A stretch of DNA of 64,000 nt from contig OZ024743.1 of NCBI GenBank assembly GCA_964016885.1, positions 113,398,001 to 113,462,000 on the forward strand. The letters run 5' to 3'. Below are positions 27,526 through 42,900 of this stretch, one piece after another (positions within the stretch are counted from its first letter, which is position 1; each line of letters starts with the position of its first letter). This DNA is from Eledone cirrhosa. Lineage: Eukaryota. A model generated the notes under the pieces. The model was not told where the DNA came from. It did no database searches and saw nothing but the letters and a program-made list of their open reading frames with translations. Position numbers and translations under genes: made by a program.

Positions 27526-27610
27526 GGTGACGTGTGTTTCGCTACAGATCAGCTCAAGGTTCGATCTGCGTCGATCTGGCCCGACTCTGGAATCAAAAGC
27601 TCGTCGGACC
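27526..27610 (-). ncRNA. Type I hammerhead-like fold, U4C core variant with long stem II insert
   Basis: ggt-CCGACGA-gct[~54 nt]agc-GAAA-c-acac-g-TC-acc, inside a (TA)n-flanked insert. Confidence 0.6.
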
Positions 27611-27800
27611 TCTGTTGTAGTAATGACAGAATGAATATATATGGCATATAATGTTCATATGTTGGTCAGTTTATATATATGACTGCTGTTCTTCCACAAA
27701 CACACCTTGCCCTGGCTTGTACCTCATATAGGAACTTTCTAGGTGTAAAACCATCATCATTTGTGAAAGAAGGGGACCTACGACAATATATATATATATA

Positions 27801-28135
27801 GGCACATGGCTTAGTGGTTAGAGCATTGGCCTTGCAATCGAAAGGTTGTGAGTTCAATTCTCAGACCGGGTGATGTGTTGTTTCCTTGAGCAAGACACTT
27901 TATTTCATGTTGCTCCAGTTTACTCAGCTGTAGAAATGAGATTATAGGGACTGGGATCCATATCATTCCACTGTAAAGTGGTCATGGAGGTGCCATGGCA
28001 AAAAAGCACCCAGCACTCACTGTAAATGAGGTTGGTGTTAGGAAGGGCATCCAGCTGTAGAAATCAAGCCAGAATCAGTTCCCATCCCACCCTTGTAAGC
28101 AGGGAAAAGTGGACGTAAAATGAAATGAAAATGAA
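27801..28135 (+). mobile_element. tRNA-derived SINE family B with RTE-derived tail
   Basis: A-box tggcttagtggt, B-box gagttcaattc, ccttgagcaagacacttta, then the ggtgttaggaagggcatccagc module; reverse copy at 30480-30797. Confidence 0.85.
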
Positions 28136-28459
28136 ATGATCATCATCATCATCTTCATTTAATGTCCATCTTCCACGTTAGCATGAGTTATATATATCAT
28201 CATCATCATCATCATCATCAACGTTTAACGTCCGTGTTCCACGCTTGCATGGGTTTGGACGGGGGTTTTCCCACTTGAGGCAAGAGTGATTGTCTTGCTC
28301 GCATAGGACTGTCTGGCGGGTTTTCTACAGCTGGATGCCCTTCCTAACACCAACCACATTTACAGTGTGGGGCTGGGAGGTTTTTACCGTGTTGCCTACA
28401 CGGCCACATTACATCGTCGACTGATATATATAAATAAATAAATGGAGCAAGCACCCATG

Positions 28460-30475
28460 CGAAGCTTCAATTCAGTGACAGGAAGATTGCGAGGCAGTGT
28501 GTCAGAGAGAACTGTGATGTCATTGGAGAGAAGTGTATCCGGAATGATAAAGGTGAGCTTGCCCTCACAAGTGCTGAGAAGAAAGATGCATGGAAGAGCC
28601 ATTATGATAGATTACTAAATGAGGAGAATGCATGGGAAGAAGAGACCCTACCCCAAGTAGACCCTATAGAGGGGCCAGCAGTACAAGTCAGCAGCAGCAT
28701 AGTAAGTAAGGCAATCAAAGATATGAAGACAGGGAAGGCAACCGGTCCATCGGGTATAGCTGCACATGTATTGTTAACCAGGTAATACTAGAAGGTGTCA
28801 TACCAAAGGATTGGTGCAGCAGCATCATTGTCAACTGCTACATGGGTAAAGGTGATGCCCTAGATAGAGGAAACTATAGAGGTATAAAGCTGATGGACCA
28901 GGTCATGAAAGTAATGGAAAGAGTTATAGCACAGTTGATTAGGGACCGGGTAAAACTAGATGAGATGCAATTTGGGTTTGTACCAGGAAAAGACACCACT
29001 GATGCCCTCTTCCTTGTGAGACAGTTACAGGAAAAGTACCTAGTTAAAAGTAAGTCGCTCTATCTGGCATTCGTCGATCTGGAAAAAGCCTTCGACAGAG
29101 TTCCCCGTGCTATAATCTGGTGGGCTCTTAGAAAACTAGGAGTAGATGAATGGCTTGTGAAAGCTGTACAAGCCATGTATAGGGGAGCAGTCAGCAAATT
29201 AGGATTAGCAATGACTATAGCGAGGAATTTAGAATACAGGTCGGTGCCCACCAGGGCTCTGTTCTTAGCCCTCTCCTGTTCATCATAGTTTTGCAGGCAA
29301 TAATAGAGGAGTTTAAGACCGGATGCCCATGGGAACTCCTGTATGCGGATGACCTCGCACTTATAGCTGAATCTATGGTAGAACTAGAGAAGAAATTCCA
29401 AACATGGAAGCAGGGACTAGAAAGAAAAGGGTCTCAAAGTCAACCTGACAAAGGCTAAGGTCTTTGTAAGTAGATGAGAAAACAGAACCCAGATCCCCTC
29501 AGGGAAATGGCCTTGCTCAGTATGTAGGAACTCCATCCTTTGCTCTAAATGCAAACAATGGGTACACAAGAGATGTAGTGGGATCTCAGGAAGCTTAATT
29601 AAGAATGTAGGCTTCACATGTAGCAACTGCGCTGGGACAGCAAGCAGCAAACGGTCACAGGAAACAAGTACCACGAAACTGAGGGAGGTCTCTGTAGAAA
29701 CAGTAGACAGCTTCTGCTACCTAGGTGACCGTATTAGCAGCGGAGGTGGGTTTTCGGAAAGTACAAGTTCAGGGAGCTACTGCCACTGCTAGCTGCAAAA
29801 GGCTTTTCCCTAAAAATGAAAGGCAGACTGTATGATGTGTGTATACAAACAACAATGTTACACGGTAGTGAGACCTGGGCGCTGTCTGTAGAAGACTTGC
29901 ATAGATTAGAAAGAAAGGAAGCCTGCATGCTCCGATGGATGTGTAATAGTAATATACGCGAACGGCAAAGCATAAAAAAATTAAGAGAGTGACTGAGCAT
30001 AAGAGGAATCAAATGCTGTGTGCAGGAGAGGAGGTTGCGTTGGTATGGGCATGTGATGCGTATGAAGGATGATAGCTGCATAAAAACGTGCAGAGCACTA
30101 GAAGTCGATGGAAGCTGCAGAGTGGGAAGACCCAAGTAGACCTGGGATGAGGTGATAAAAGCAGGCCTTACCCACTTGCACCCCTCTGGCGTCACACAGT
30201 AATACAGAAGACCTGACTTCCACGGGTACAATCCGAAGCTGAAGCATATAGACAATATGCCCGCACCCTCTCCCACTGCGAAGTGGTCATGGAGGCGCCA
30301 CAGCAAAAAAGCACTCAGCCCATACTGTAAAGTGAATGCATAGGCACCACGGGAAAAAAGCACCCAGTACTCACTGTAAATGATGAAGGACCATGACAAG
30401 TGGGGAGATGCTGTGCTGAATAGGACCCATCCAACCCTTGCAAGCAGGGAAAAGCGGACGTAATGATGATGATGA
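28460..30475 (+). mobile_element. RTE LINE, RT domain to 3' UTR, degenerate
   Basis: NYRGIKL, QFGFVPG, AFVDLEKAFDRVP, LLYADDL, FCYLG and [10 protein letters not shown] motifs, with a (GAT)n tail. Confidence 0.93.
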
Positions 30476-30831
30476 TCATCATCATCATTTTACGTCTGCT
30501 TTTTCCTGCTTGCAAGGGTGAGACGGGAACTGATTCTGGCTTGATTTCTACAGCTGGATGCCCTTCCTAACACCAACCTCATTTACAGTGAGTGCTGGGT
30601 GCTTTTTTTCCGTGGCACCTCCATGACCACTTTGCAGTCCCTATCATCTCATTTCTACAGCTGAGTAAACTGGAGCAATGCGAAATAAAGTGTCTTGCTC
30701 AAGGAAACAACACAACGCCCGGTCTCTGAGAATTGAACCCACAACCTTTCGATTACAAGGCCAATGCTCTAACCACTAAACCTCTAAGCCATGTGCCTCC
30801 AATGGCTTTTATATATATATATATGTATATC

Positions 30832-31840
<1,009 letters not shown>

Positions 31841-31984
31841 ATATATATATATGTAGAAGTTCTATTTAAATTGTTGGGATACAACTAGCAAATATTTTTA
31901 TAACTGATATAAAGCACTCAACAAATTATTGGAGTAAAAATACGATATATTAACAAATGGAAACTATATTTATAAAACCATATT

Positions 31985-32049
31985 TATTTCATTATACATA
32001 TTTCAAGGACACCAAGTCAAATTCTGGTGCGCTTTCATCAGATAAAATA
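31985..32049 (-). ncRNA. Minimal type I hammerhead ribozyme fold
   Basis: tattttat-CTGATGA-aag.cacca[loop]tggtg.ctt-GAAA-t-atgt-a-TA-atgaaata; 8-bp stem I with one GU pair. Confidence 0.75.
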
Positions 32050-32301
32050 TAATATAGATCAGTTTTATAAATAAATATTGACATACCCTTAAAGAATGCG
32101 ACCATTTCTGTTGGAAGCTCCCGGATAGTATATATATATATATAATAAATTTGAATGGCTGGGCTTGTCTCTCTAGCATTTCCCCAATTCATGAGAGCCG
32201 TTATTTGATGCAAATAACACGTGTTTTCGCGCTGCTCTGGGCACCGTGTATATTTGTTTTCTCTCTTTCCATTAGGCTAGATGTGTGGCGAGCAATTCCA
32301 C

Positions 32302-32379
32302 GCTTGCTGACTGAGGAGCCTGTGGTTTTGTACACTACACACTTCAGTGGCGAAACGAAATAGATCCGTATCAGCAAGC
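32302..32379 (+). ncRNA. Type I hammerhead ribozyme with canonical core
   Basis: gcttgctga-CTGAGGA-gcc...ggc-GAAA-cg-aaatagatc-cg-TA-tcagcaagc; perfect 9-bp stem I; predicted GUA cleavage after 32370. Confidence 0.88.
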
Positions 32380-32614
32380 TTATAGTTATAAGGTTGGTAA
32401 TTTAAAACTCTACTTCGGAGATTTGATTCTGACTTAGGGTTCTTTCTATTTAATTGCCAACCTGTAGGTGTTGTTTTCCATACAGTAACGGTTAAACCCA
32501 CATTTAATAATTCTTTACACACATCTCACTGTGTAACACACTTCTCTCTGTGTAATATATTTGTATTTGAGCTCAGTTGAAAATTCTGTTCTTCTTTGAG
32601 CTAATATTATTATT

Positions 32615-34186
32615 ATTGGCAGTATCGGTAGAGTTACGATCTGAGTTCAAATCCCGCCGAGGTTGACTTTGCCTTTCATCCTTACGGGGTCGATAAAATA
32701 AAGTACCAGTAATGCACTGGGTAATTGCTGGCCTTGTGCCTAAAGTAGAAACAATTATTATTACACTGAACTGCGGAATACTCTAATTCCGATTCTTGTA
32801 TATATATATATATATTTTCATTCCTATATGAGCGAGACATGGTCACCCGACCAATCTTGCCTCAAGTGGGACAACTCCCGTCTAACCCATGCTAGCGTGG
32901 AAGATAGACGTTAAACTATGATGATGATGATATATATATATATATTCATTATTTATTACCTATTAGTGAATTGGCAGTATCGGTAAAGAGTCAGGCATGC
33001 TTTCCAGCGTAGTTACGTCCCTTTACGACCTGAGTTCAAATCCCGCCGAAGTTAACTTTGCCTTTCATCCTTACGGGGTCGATAAAATAAAGTACCAGTA
33101 ATGTACTGGTTAATTGCTGGCCTTGTGCCAAACGTAGAAACAATTATTTATTACCTATTAATGTACTGAGATTATTATTTGCTGTTGCTACTCTAAATTT
33201 CATGATTACTCAGTGATTATACAACAAGAAACAGAATGTAGAAATGTCACTAATATAATAATTAACTATATTCTAATTTGGTATTGAGTACCCTTTTCTC
33301 TTGTTTGTAAATCCAATGTACATATATAGTACAATGTGTTCACTTTTTATGCGAAGATGCGTTCATGAATGCAGCGTGTAAAGTAAATTTGTGTAATTCA
33401 AGTCTTATATTTCTCATGAATAAAAAAAATTAAAAACCACGCGAAAGTGAATATTTAATAATACTTTTTCAAGAGGTGTTAAAGTGAATTCACGTACTTC
33501 AAGTTTGCGTAAAAAGCACACAGATTGTATATATTTAAAAATTTGAAAATGTAAGCATCCTAAAGGTAGCAAATAACAATAATTGTCTCTACTCTTGGCA
33601 CAAGGGCAGCAATTATCCCAGTGTATTACTGGTACTTTATTTTATCGACCCCGTAAGGATGAAAGGTAAAGTTAACCTCGGCGGGATTTGAACTCAGACC
33701 ATAAAGGGCTATGAGTTCAAATCCCGAGCAGTTGATCTCTAGAGATAATAGTTGAGAAAATTTGGTAAATTACCCTTCGAGAGAGAAGAAAGTGAATAGA
33801 GGCAACCCACTTCATCTTTGTAAACATCAATCTTTTAACTCTTCACAATAGAAATAATAAATAATAATGAAATTATTGTGTACAGTGCTCAGGTGCACTA
33901 CAACTCATCAAAGGTGCATGTATAGTACATAGAATAATGTACAAATGTCAGGAAAATGAACAGTGTATGAGTCATGATATAATAATAATAATAATAATAA
34001 TTGTTTCTACTTTAGGCACAAGGCCAGCAATTACCCAGTGCATTACTGGTACTTTATTTTATCGACCCCGTAAGGATGAAAGGCAAAGTTAACCTCGGCG
34101 GGATTTGAACTCAGACTGTAAAGGGACGTAACTATGCTGGAAAGCATGGCGTCCGACCCTCTACCGATACTGGCAATTCACCGCCC

Positions 34187-34190
<4 letters not shown>
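32615..34190. mobile_element. Cluster of family-A SINEs (32615-32762 +, 32965-33147 +, 33580-33710 -, 34000-34188 -)
   Basis: Near-identical to the copy at 8868-9061. Confidence 0.85.
33330..33529. mobile_element. ~200-bp TA-flanked MITE
   Basis: Imperfect TIRs tacaatgtgttcactttttatgcgaa / tttgcgtaaaaagcacacagattgta. Confidence 0.6.
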
Positions 34191-34235
<45 letters not shown>

Positions 34236-34973
34236 AATGTTGTGTACAGTGCCCAGGTGCACCACAACTCATCAAAAAGTGCATGTACAGTACATAGGGC
34301 AATGCACAAACATCAGTAAAATGAACAGTGCATGAGTCATGATACACACATGTGTGCATGTGTATGGAAGGGGTACATCAGGTGTAGTTTTGGCGTATTT
34401 CGGGAAGCATGAGTGTCTTAAAGGATGCAGTGTAAGTTCTGCTTTTGGTGATGAAATACGTGTTTGGTTTAGATTTAGAGGTTTAGGGATGTTGATGTAT
34501 ATTATATGATAGTAGAATTTCTACATTAGTAGTTTCCAAACAACCCTACCACCTCCGCCACAATAGAGCTACATGGGACCCACTGAGGAAATACATTAGC
34601 TATCCATGCTCTATAGAAAATAGAGACTTCTTGCTGATTTCTTCATTGTATTTTCTATTAATGACAGCTTGTATTTCCCATTTTACACACTGTCTGTTTT
34701 GTCTGTCATTTCAACATTCCGCAAACAATAATAGTTACAATTGTCAAACAGATTTCTCTTTATATATACTTATATGTGTGTGCGCGTGTGTGTGTATATG
34801 TATGAATTTGGTGTATATATAAATACACACACAGATATGTGTGTATATTATATACATACATACATATATATATATGATGCGTGTGTATATATATATATAT
34901 ATATACATACACACATATATATGTGTGTGTATATATACATACATATATATGTGTGTGTGTATATATATACATA

Positions 34974-35008
<35 letters not shown>

Positions 35009-36379
35009 ATCTTCTCCCTATTTGTGTACTCTCCTTATATTTATTCTCCTCTTTAGTTTCTTGGTTAGTAACCCAACAATGTCACCACCACCATCTCCTC
35101 CATCACCACCACCATCACCATTATCATCATCATCATATCAACCTTTACCATTACTGTTATCTATATATATACAGTTGTTCCTAAATCTACTACTATTATC
35201 ACAGCTAATAAATACTATCATTGATACTCATTACTACATAATGTCACCATCACCACTGCTACCACCACTATCAACACCATCATCACTAACACCAACACCA
35301 CCACCTGCCACAACCACCACCATCATCATCATTAACTCCATCAATACCATCACTAACACCATCACCACCACCACCATGGTAATTTCCTGGAGTCCCAGAA
35401 AATGTTTTCAAGGGCTCCACACCCGTCCCCACAAACTTTGTCTCCTCACATAAAATTCTTCTCAAAGGCCCTCTTTTATATAATTTGTATCTCTTCTTAA
35501 GGGACTGCCACTAATATTTCTTCACCAAACTATTCGCCACTGCCACCACCACCACCATCACCACCAACAATGTCACGAGTAGCACCGCCACTACAACCAC
35601 CAACACCACCACCACTATCTCCACTGCCACCAACAAAGCTACAATCATCATCACCATCCTCATAATCACTATCATAATCTGTAGCCTCTCTTTACCTCAT
35701 CACCAATAATACTATCTTTATTGCTATCTACATCCAATGAGAAAGACTGTGCAAGGTTATTCCACCAACTAGAAATAGCAGTCAAATCTTACTGAAATCT
35801 CCCTCATATGCACTCTTAAAATGAGGAAGTAATACAGAACTAGGATTTTTTTTCAACACACTGATGTGTATGTATACATGTGTGTGTATGTGCATATGCA
35901 TACATTTATATCTATGTGTATATAAATATAAATTTGCAAACACACACACTTATAAAAATACATTCACAGACATACATTCACACAAATACACATACATTCA
36001 CAAAAACAGACACACACACACATATTTATTTACATATACACTTACACACAGCATAACAAACGTAACACCAATCACTGTTTTGCTATAGTTTTTTCACCAT
36101 CCCCTTCCTTCCTTTTACACACACATTGTGTGACGAATGGACAGACGGAAGTCGCTCAAATTTATATATAAATGATAATGAATTTTTTTTATTTTAAGCC
36201 CAAGGCCAAAAGTTTGTGAGGAGGGAAACATTGATTACATCAACACCAGTATATTACTACTTTGACGCTAAACTCCGCCAGTTGCAGATTGCGCATCAAC
36301 ATGATATTTTTCTACACCAAGTTCAATCACCCACAGCAGAGTTTAAAGAGCAAAGATCAAGTCCAGTCCATAAGTTGAC

Positions 36380-36690
36380 ATTATCAAGCCATCATTTTGG
36401 CTGCCGGCCTCTGCTTCTCATACCAGCCAACCTTCCTTTCCAGGCATAACCTACTCACACCATGAGTTGATCTTTTTATATGACCGTATAGTTTGAGTAC
36501 TCTTGACTTGACAATTGATGTAATTGGTCTAAGTTTGGTAATGTTGAGCAGCTCACTGATACAGATACGGTCGCTGAGCTGCTTGCCAGTCATAAGTCTC
36601 ATGATGTGGTTCTGGAATGTAGAGAGCTTGTGAAGTGACCTTGTCATCAAATTAACACAGTCAAGATCATATAACACAATTGGCAGGATG
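36380..36690 (-). mobile_element. LINE RT C-terminal fragment (RTE-like) inserted into a SINE
   Basis: LSTFQNHIMRLMTG...IVKSRVLKLYGHIKR; SINE halves lie at ~36190-36260 and from 36694. Confidence 0.65.
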
Positions 36691-37150
36691 TTTCCAGTAC
36701 TTTATTTCATCAACTTTGGAGGGATGAAAAACAAAACTGACCTCAGCAGGATTTGAACTCAGAAAGTAAAAATCTGGAGCAAATACTGTTAAGCATTTGT
36801 CCAACAGTTTATCAACTCTACCAATCCACTACCCACAAAATGAAAGACAAATTTAACATTGGTGGGGTTTGAACTCACAACATAAAGAGCTGGAACAAAT
36901 GCTGCAAAGCATTTTGTAAAATACTCTCATGACACACTCAGGATTATATGAAATAATAGACAGGATGGGCATAGCTAGAATTCCTTTGATCTAAAGTCGA
37001 TTGGATCAAATGATCTGGGGCTCAACAACAACAACAACAACAATTTCAGGTTACTGTATCATCAGCACAGCATCACCATCAGCCATATATATATACAAAT
37101 GCTAACAATTTCAACCATCTATTCTTATCTTCACCACCAACATCCATCAT

Positions 37151-37198
<48 letters not shown>

Positions 37199-37222
37199 AT
37201 CCAATTTTCTTTGATATTTCAG

Positions 37223-37256
37223 ATGAACAAATCTGGTTTCCTCTGGAAAATTGTTG
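37223..37256 (+). other. Candidate 34-nt micro-exon
   Basis: ttttctttgatatttcAG|ATGAACAAATCTGGTTTCCTCTGGAAAATTGTTG|GTAAGT: consensus acceptor and donor; no partner exons identified. Confidence 0.35.
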
Positions 37257-37606
37257 GTAAGTCTTTGAAATGTTCATAGCTGTTTGTTCTTTAATGTTTA
37301 TTAATTTCAGGGTGTTTATATGTATGGTATATACCATATATTTTCCTGTGTGTGTAATATGAGAAATGTTGAACTAAAATCAAGGTCAAAATAGCATGGT
37401 TGTTTTATACATGAGTACACCTACCCAGAAATTTGTATTGAGTTTAAAAACACTCATTCCAAATGGCTTGGATTGATGTGATCTTAATTTCAGTGAGAAC
37501 CTTAGTGTCAGGAAAGTATGAGGACCAGCTTATCCTGAGTATATGGTAGAGGCATTTCTGGTGAAACCGTTCCAACATTTTAACATGACATGTATATATT
37601 GTCAGA

Positions 37607-39810
37607 CAGTGGCGTAGCTAGACTGTGTGCCACCCGGGCTAACCCTTGAGTTCGCTGTCCCCGGGCCCCACAAATAATACATATTGCACAGTGACTCACT
37701 TTTAAAGTTATATACAGGGTGTCCCCCAAAAGTGTATACACACTTCAACAGCATTCTAATAAACACAATTAATAAACACAGTGTGTATATATTTTGGGGA
37801 CACCCTGTGTATGTATAAATATATATAAACCAGTCTTTGTACAATAACAATATTACTTTCACATACTCAAATATAGTATACTTTAAATACACACCAAACA
37901 AACTCAAATTTTATAAGTAACAGCTAAACAAAAAGCAAAAACGACATAAAGGGGAAAAAGTGTAAAAAATGAGGACCATCTTTATTTCTGAAATGAAACC
38001 TAGAACTTTCTACAAAGTGACTTTTTTTTTTTTTTGGTAAATTCTTCAATGGCATTGTCAGAAACTATTTCATGTCAATTGTCACTTTCTCAACTGCAAG
38101 GTGCTCATAGTAGATTTTAAGTAATTCTTGATCAGTTTTAGTTTCGAAAAACTCCTCTCACAGGTAGCAACACTAACAGCAATTGTGAGGAAAATCCACA
38201 GCATTATTACTATTTTGGAACCAAAAGTTCAAGAGGGCCTTCTTTCCACATCTTACACTCTTTAATAGCAGCAACAGCAATAAAATGCTGAAGTCTTTTT
38301 ATCTCAACTAGGAACTGCTCTTTATGAAATTGTTGTGATCATGATCTATTTGACACTTATATTTATCATCCAAAAGATTCAACGGGGTAAGGAAGACATA
38401 TTTCTCAGCAAGTTCATGAAACTGTTGAAATCTTAGTTATTTCTTGAATCACTCTCCTCAATTCAATGTTGTTTGGCAATTCAGCATCTCGTAATCCTTC
38501 ACCAAACATTTGTTTCTTCTTTTTGGGTCACCACTGATGCTCCATGACTATCCCCAGATCATTGCAAATTTCTTAAGCATAGTTAACTCAATTACTCACT
38601 AGCTTGTCCCTGTTTTCAGCTAGAAATGTTTCTAATGCCCTGAGTTTTATATCACATTGTTGTGTGATTAATCCTTTGGTTTGGAGGTAAGTCTGTGTAT
38701 CGTTATTTTCTAGAATTGTGGCTCCTAATTTCCAACTCCTTCCATTGTGTGATATTCCGAACATGAGCTGCACTGGATTCATGCTCTGATATTCTAGGAT
38801 TCAGTTTCCACCATATGTTGAATCCATCCTCAGAATTAAATTTTGAGTTACTTTTGTCTGAAAACAATTTACAACAAAAGCAGTAAAGAGCTTCCTTGGA
38901 AGAGGAGCCCACCATCCATGATCTCAACATTTTTTCACCATTTGGCAGAGTTTGAAAAAAACCTCTCGTTTGTTAGTTTTCTAGTTTGTCCTTCGGTTGA
39001 CACATCTTGAATTACTTCACCAAAATCAGAATCTAGATTTTGAACCACAGACTCACCTTGATGTACCAGGAAGATATGAGTGTCATTGCTAATCTTGCTT
39101 GACCATAAGCCAACATCTTTTAAGTCCACTCTGTCCACAGCTAGCCCTGGAATATTTTCTTCATCACTTAAAGGAGTTGAAGCTGAATCGCTTGAAGTTG
39201 AATCTATTGACTCTGACACTGATTTGGATTCATAACCTTCTCCAGCTTCGGTAGTAGCAGTGGTGAAACACTATATTTACCTATTGTAAAATACGTATGA
39301 TACACGCTAATTACTAAAACCTACCTTACACTGTCAATTATCAGAGAATGGAACAATCAGTACGTAATTTGATCAGGAAGCAAATAATATTCTGATGGTA
39401 ATTTAATGACAAGGAAAGTGAATAAGCTGGAATACAATAATTTCAAAAAATAAGTTCAGCTAAAAGTCAAAGGAAAAAGATGGTTGGTCAATAAGAGCTG
39501 GCCAGGTAAAGTCACAACCAAAACAATTGGCCAAATACCCCCAAAACAAACTAACGACACACAAAATTTGTCTGACCAGAAAGTCCAGCTCTAAAAGACG
39601 AAAAATAGAGCAACACATACATACCCTCGAATGAACTTCTGTCACGAAAAAAACTGAAATTTATATAACAACGAAGATGGCGTCTCCTACACACAGCAGT
39701 GCCGCAGCATTAAAAGAACACCTATAGCCTACAGCAGACGCAAAAGTGCCGCCCCCATAAAAATGTCGCCCAGAGCAGACCACACCCCCACACTCCCTCT
39801 AGCTACGGTT
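37607..39810 (-). mobile_element. hAT (Tip100/Zaphod-like) DNA transposon, internally deleted transposase pseudogene
   Basis: TIR-like cagtggcgtagctag / ctagctacgg; TTF-type zinc finger RSWMVGSSSKEALYCFCCKLF...EHESSAAH; hATC motif IFLTIAVSVATCERSFSKLKLIKNYLKSTMS at ~38105-38200. Confidence 0.88.
37715..37807. mobile_element. ~93-bp mariner-type MITE nested in the hAT end
   Basis: ta-cagggtgtcccccaaaagtgtatac ... tatattttggggacaccctg; same family as 4732-4833. Confidence 0.8.
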
Positions 39811-39989
39811 GTAAGGTTTCAGAAGAATACAATGCGGAAGAACAAATCACACACACACAACATGCACGCACACATGCATGCACACATACACACACATACA
39901 TAACACAAATGTGCATAAATATGATATTGTGTTTTTAATGCTATGTATGAGTTATGATCTATTTTCTGTTGTTAAATATCTTGTGGGAA

Positions 39990-42900
39990 GGAATAACACC
40001 AACAATAAGAACACCATCAACAACAACGACACCTCCAACAACAACAACAACAGCACTAACAACAACAACACCACCAGCACGAATAGCAACAACTTCAACA
40101 ACATCACCACCACCAACAACAATAACATGAACAGCAACAGCTTCAACAACACCAACAACACCACCAACCACACAACCACCACCACCATCACCAACAATAA
40201 CATGAACAGCAACAACTTCAACAACACCAACAACACCACCAACCACACCACCACCACCACCATCACCAACAATAACAGGAACAGCAACAACTCCAACAAT
40301 AACAACAGCATCACCAACAACAGTAACATGAACTGCAACAATTCCAACAGCAACAACAACAATAATGAAACTAACACCACCACCAACAACAATAATAACA
40401 ACAACAATGCCGACAATAACAACACCACCACCACCACCACCAACAACAATAATAAATTGAACAGTAATAACAACACCAATAACAACATCAATAACAACAT
40501 CAATAAAAACAGCAACATCTCAGAGCAGCAACTCAAGCACAATCAACAACTGTAATAACATCAAGAGCATCAACACCAACAACAACAATAACACCACCAC
40601 CACCAACAGCAACTCCAACACCATCAAAAATAACACCACCACCTCCAACACCATCAACAATAACACCACCACCGCCAACAGCAACTCCAACACCATCAAC
40701 AATAACACCACCACCACCAACAGCAACTCCAACACCATCAACAATAACACCACCACCACCAACAGCAACTCCAACACCATCAACAATAACACCACCACCA
40801 CCAACAGCAACTCCAACACCATCAACAATTACACCACCACCACCAACAGCAACTCCAACACCATCAACAATAACACCACCACCACCAACAACAACAACTC
40901 CAACACCATCAACAATAACACCACCACCACCAACAGCAACTCCAACACCATCAACAATAACACCACCACCACCAACAGCAACTCCAACACCATCAACAAT
41001 AACACCACCACCACCAACAGCAACTCCAACACCATCAACAATAACACCACCACCACCAACAGCAACTCCAACACCATCAACAATAACACCACCACCACCA
41101 ACAGCAACTCCAACACCATCAACAATAACACCACCACCACCAACAGCAACTCCAACACCATCAACAATAACACCACCACCACCAACAGCAACTCCAACAC
41201 CATCAACAATAACACCACCACCACCAACAGCAACTCCAACACCATCAACAATAACACCACCACCACCAACAGCAACTCCAACACCATCAACAATAACACC
41301 ACCACCACCAACAGCAACTCCAACACCATCAACAATAACACCACCACCAACAACAGCAACTCCAACACCATCAACAATAACACCACCACCACCAACAGCA
41401 ACTCCACCACCATCAACAATAACACCACCACCACCAACAGCAACTCCAACACCATCAACAATAACACCACCACCACCAACAGCAACTCCAACACCATCAA
41501 CAATAACACCACCACCACCAACAGCAACTCCAACACCATCAACAATAACACCACCACCACCAACAGCAACTCCACCACCATCAACAATAACACCACCACC
41601 ACCAACAGCAACTCCACCACCATCAACAATAACACCACCACCACCAACAGCAACTCCAACACCATCAACAATAACACCACCACCACCAACAGCAACTCCA
41701 ACACCATCAACAATAACACCACCACCACCAACAGCAACTCCACCACCATCAACAATAACACCACCACCACCAACAGCAACTCCAACACCATCAACAATAA
41801 CACCACCACCACCAACAGCAACTCCAACACCATCAACAATAACACCACCACCACCAACAGTAACTCCAACACCATCAACAGTAACACCACCACCACCAAC
41901 AGCAACTCCACCACCATCAACAATAACACCACCACCACCAACAGCAACTCCAACACCATCAACAATAACACCACCACCACCAACAGCAACTCCACCACCA
42001 TCAACAATAACACCACCACCACCAACAGCAACTCCAACACCATCAACAATAACACCACCACCACCAACAGCAACTCAAACACCAACAGCAACTCCAACAC
42101 CATCAACAATAACACCACCACCACCAACAGCAACTCCAACAACAATAACACCACCACCACCAACAGCAACTCCAACACCAACAACAATAACACCACCACC
42201 AACAACATCAACTCCAATACCATCAACAAGAACACCACCACCACCAACAGCAACTCCAACACCATCAACAATAACACCACCACCACCAACAGCAACTCAA
42301 ACACCAACAGCAACTCCAACACCATCAACAATAACACCACCACCACCAACAGCAACTCAAACACCAACAGCAACTCCAACACCATCAACAATAACACCAC
42401 CACCACCAACAGCAACTCCAACACCATCAACAATAACACCACCACCACCAACAGCAACTCCAACACCATCAACAATTACACCACCACCACCAACAACAAC
42501 TCCAACACCATCAACAATAACACCACCACCACCAACAGCAACTCCAACACCATCAACAATAACACCACCACCTCCAACAGCAACTCCAACACCATCATCA
42601 ATTACACCACCACCAACAACAGCTCCAACACCATCAACAATAACACCACCACCACCAACAGCAACTCCAACACCATCAACAATTACACCACCACCACCAA
42701 CAGCAACTCCAACACCATCAACAATAACACCACCACCACCACCAACAACTACTCCAACACCATCAACAATAACACCACCACCACCAACAGCAACTCCAAC
42801 ACCATCAACAATAACACCACCACCACCAACAACAACTCCAACACCATCAACAATAACACCACCACCACCAACAACAACAACTCGAACAACATCAACAATA

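Noticed and set aside
27680-27785. PLE tail, based on ggacctacg shared with 55931
   Set aside because: The segment aligns with the 3' end of SINE family B (22150-22260).
27801-27875. tRNA gene
   Set aside because: A and B boxes are present but it runs into a multi-copy SINE body and has no proper acceptor stem.
33205-33255. Hammerhead upstream of the 33270 hairpin
   Set aside because: Only GAAACA...TGTC-act remains; CUGANGA is absent.
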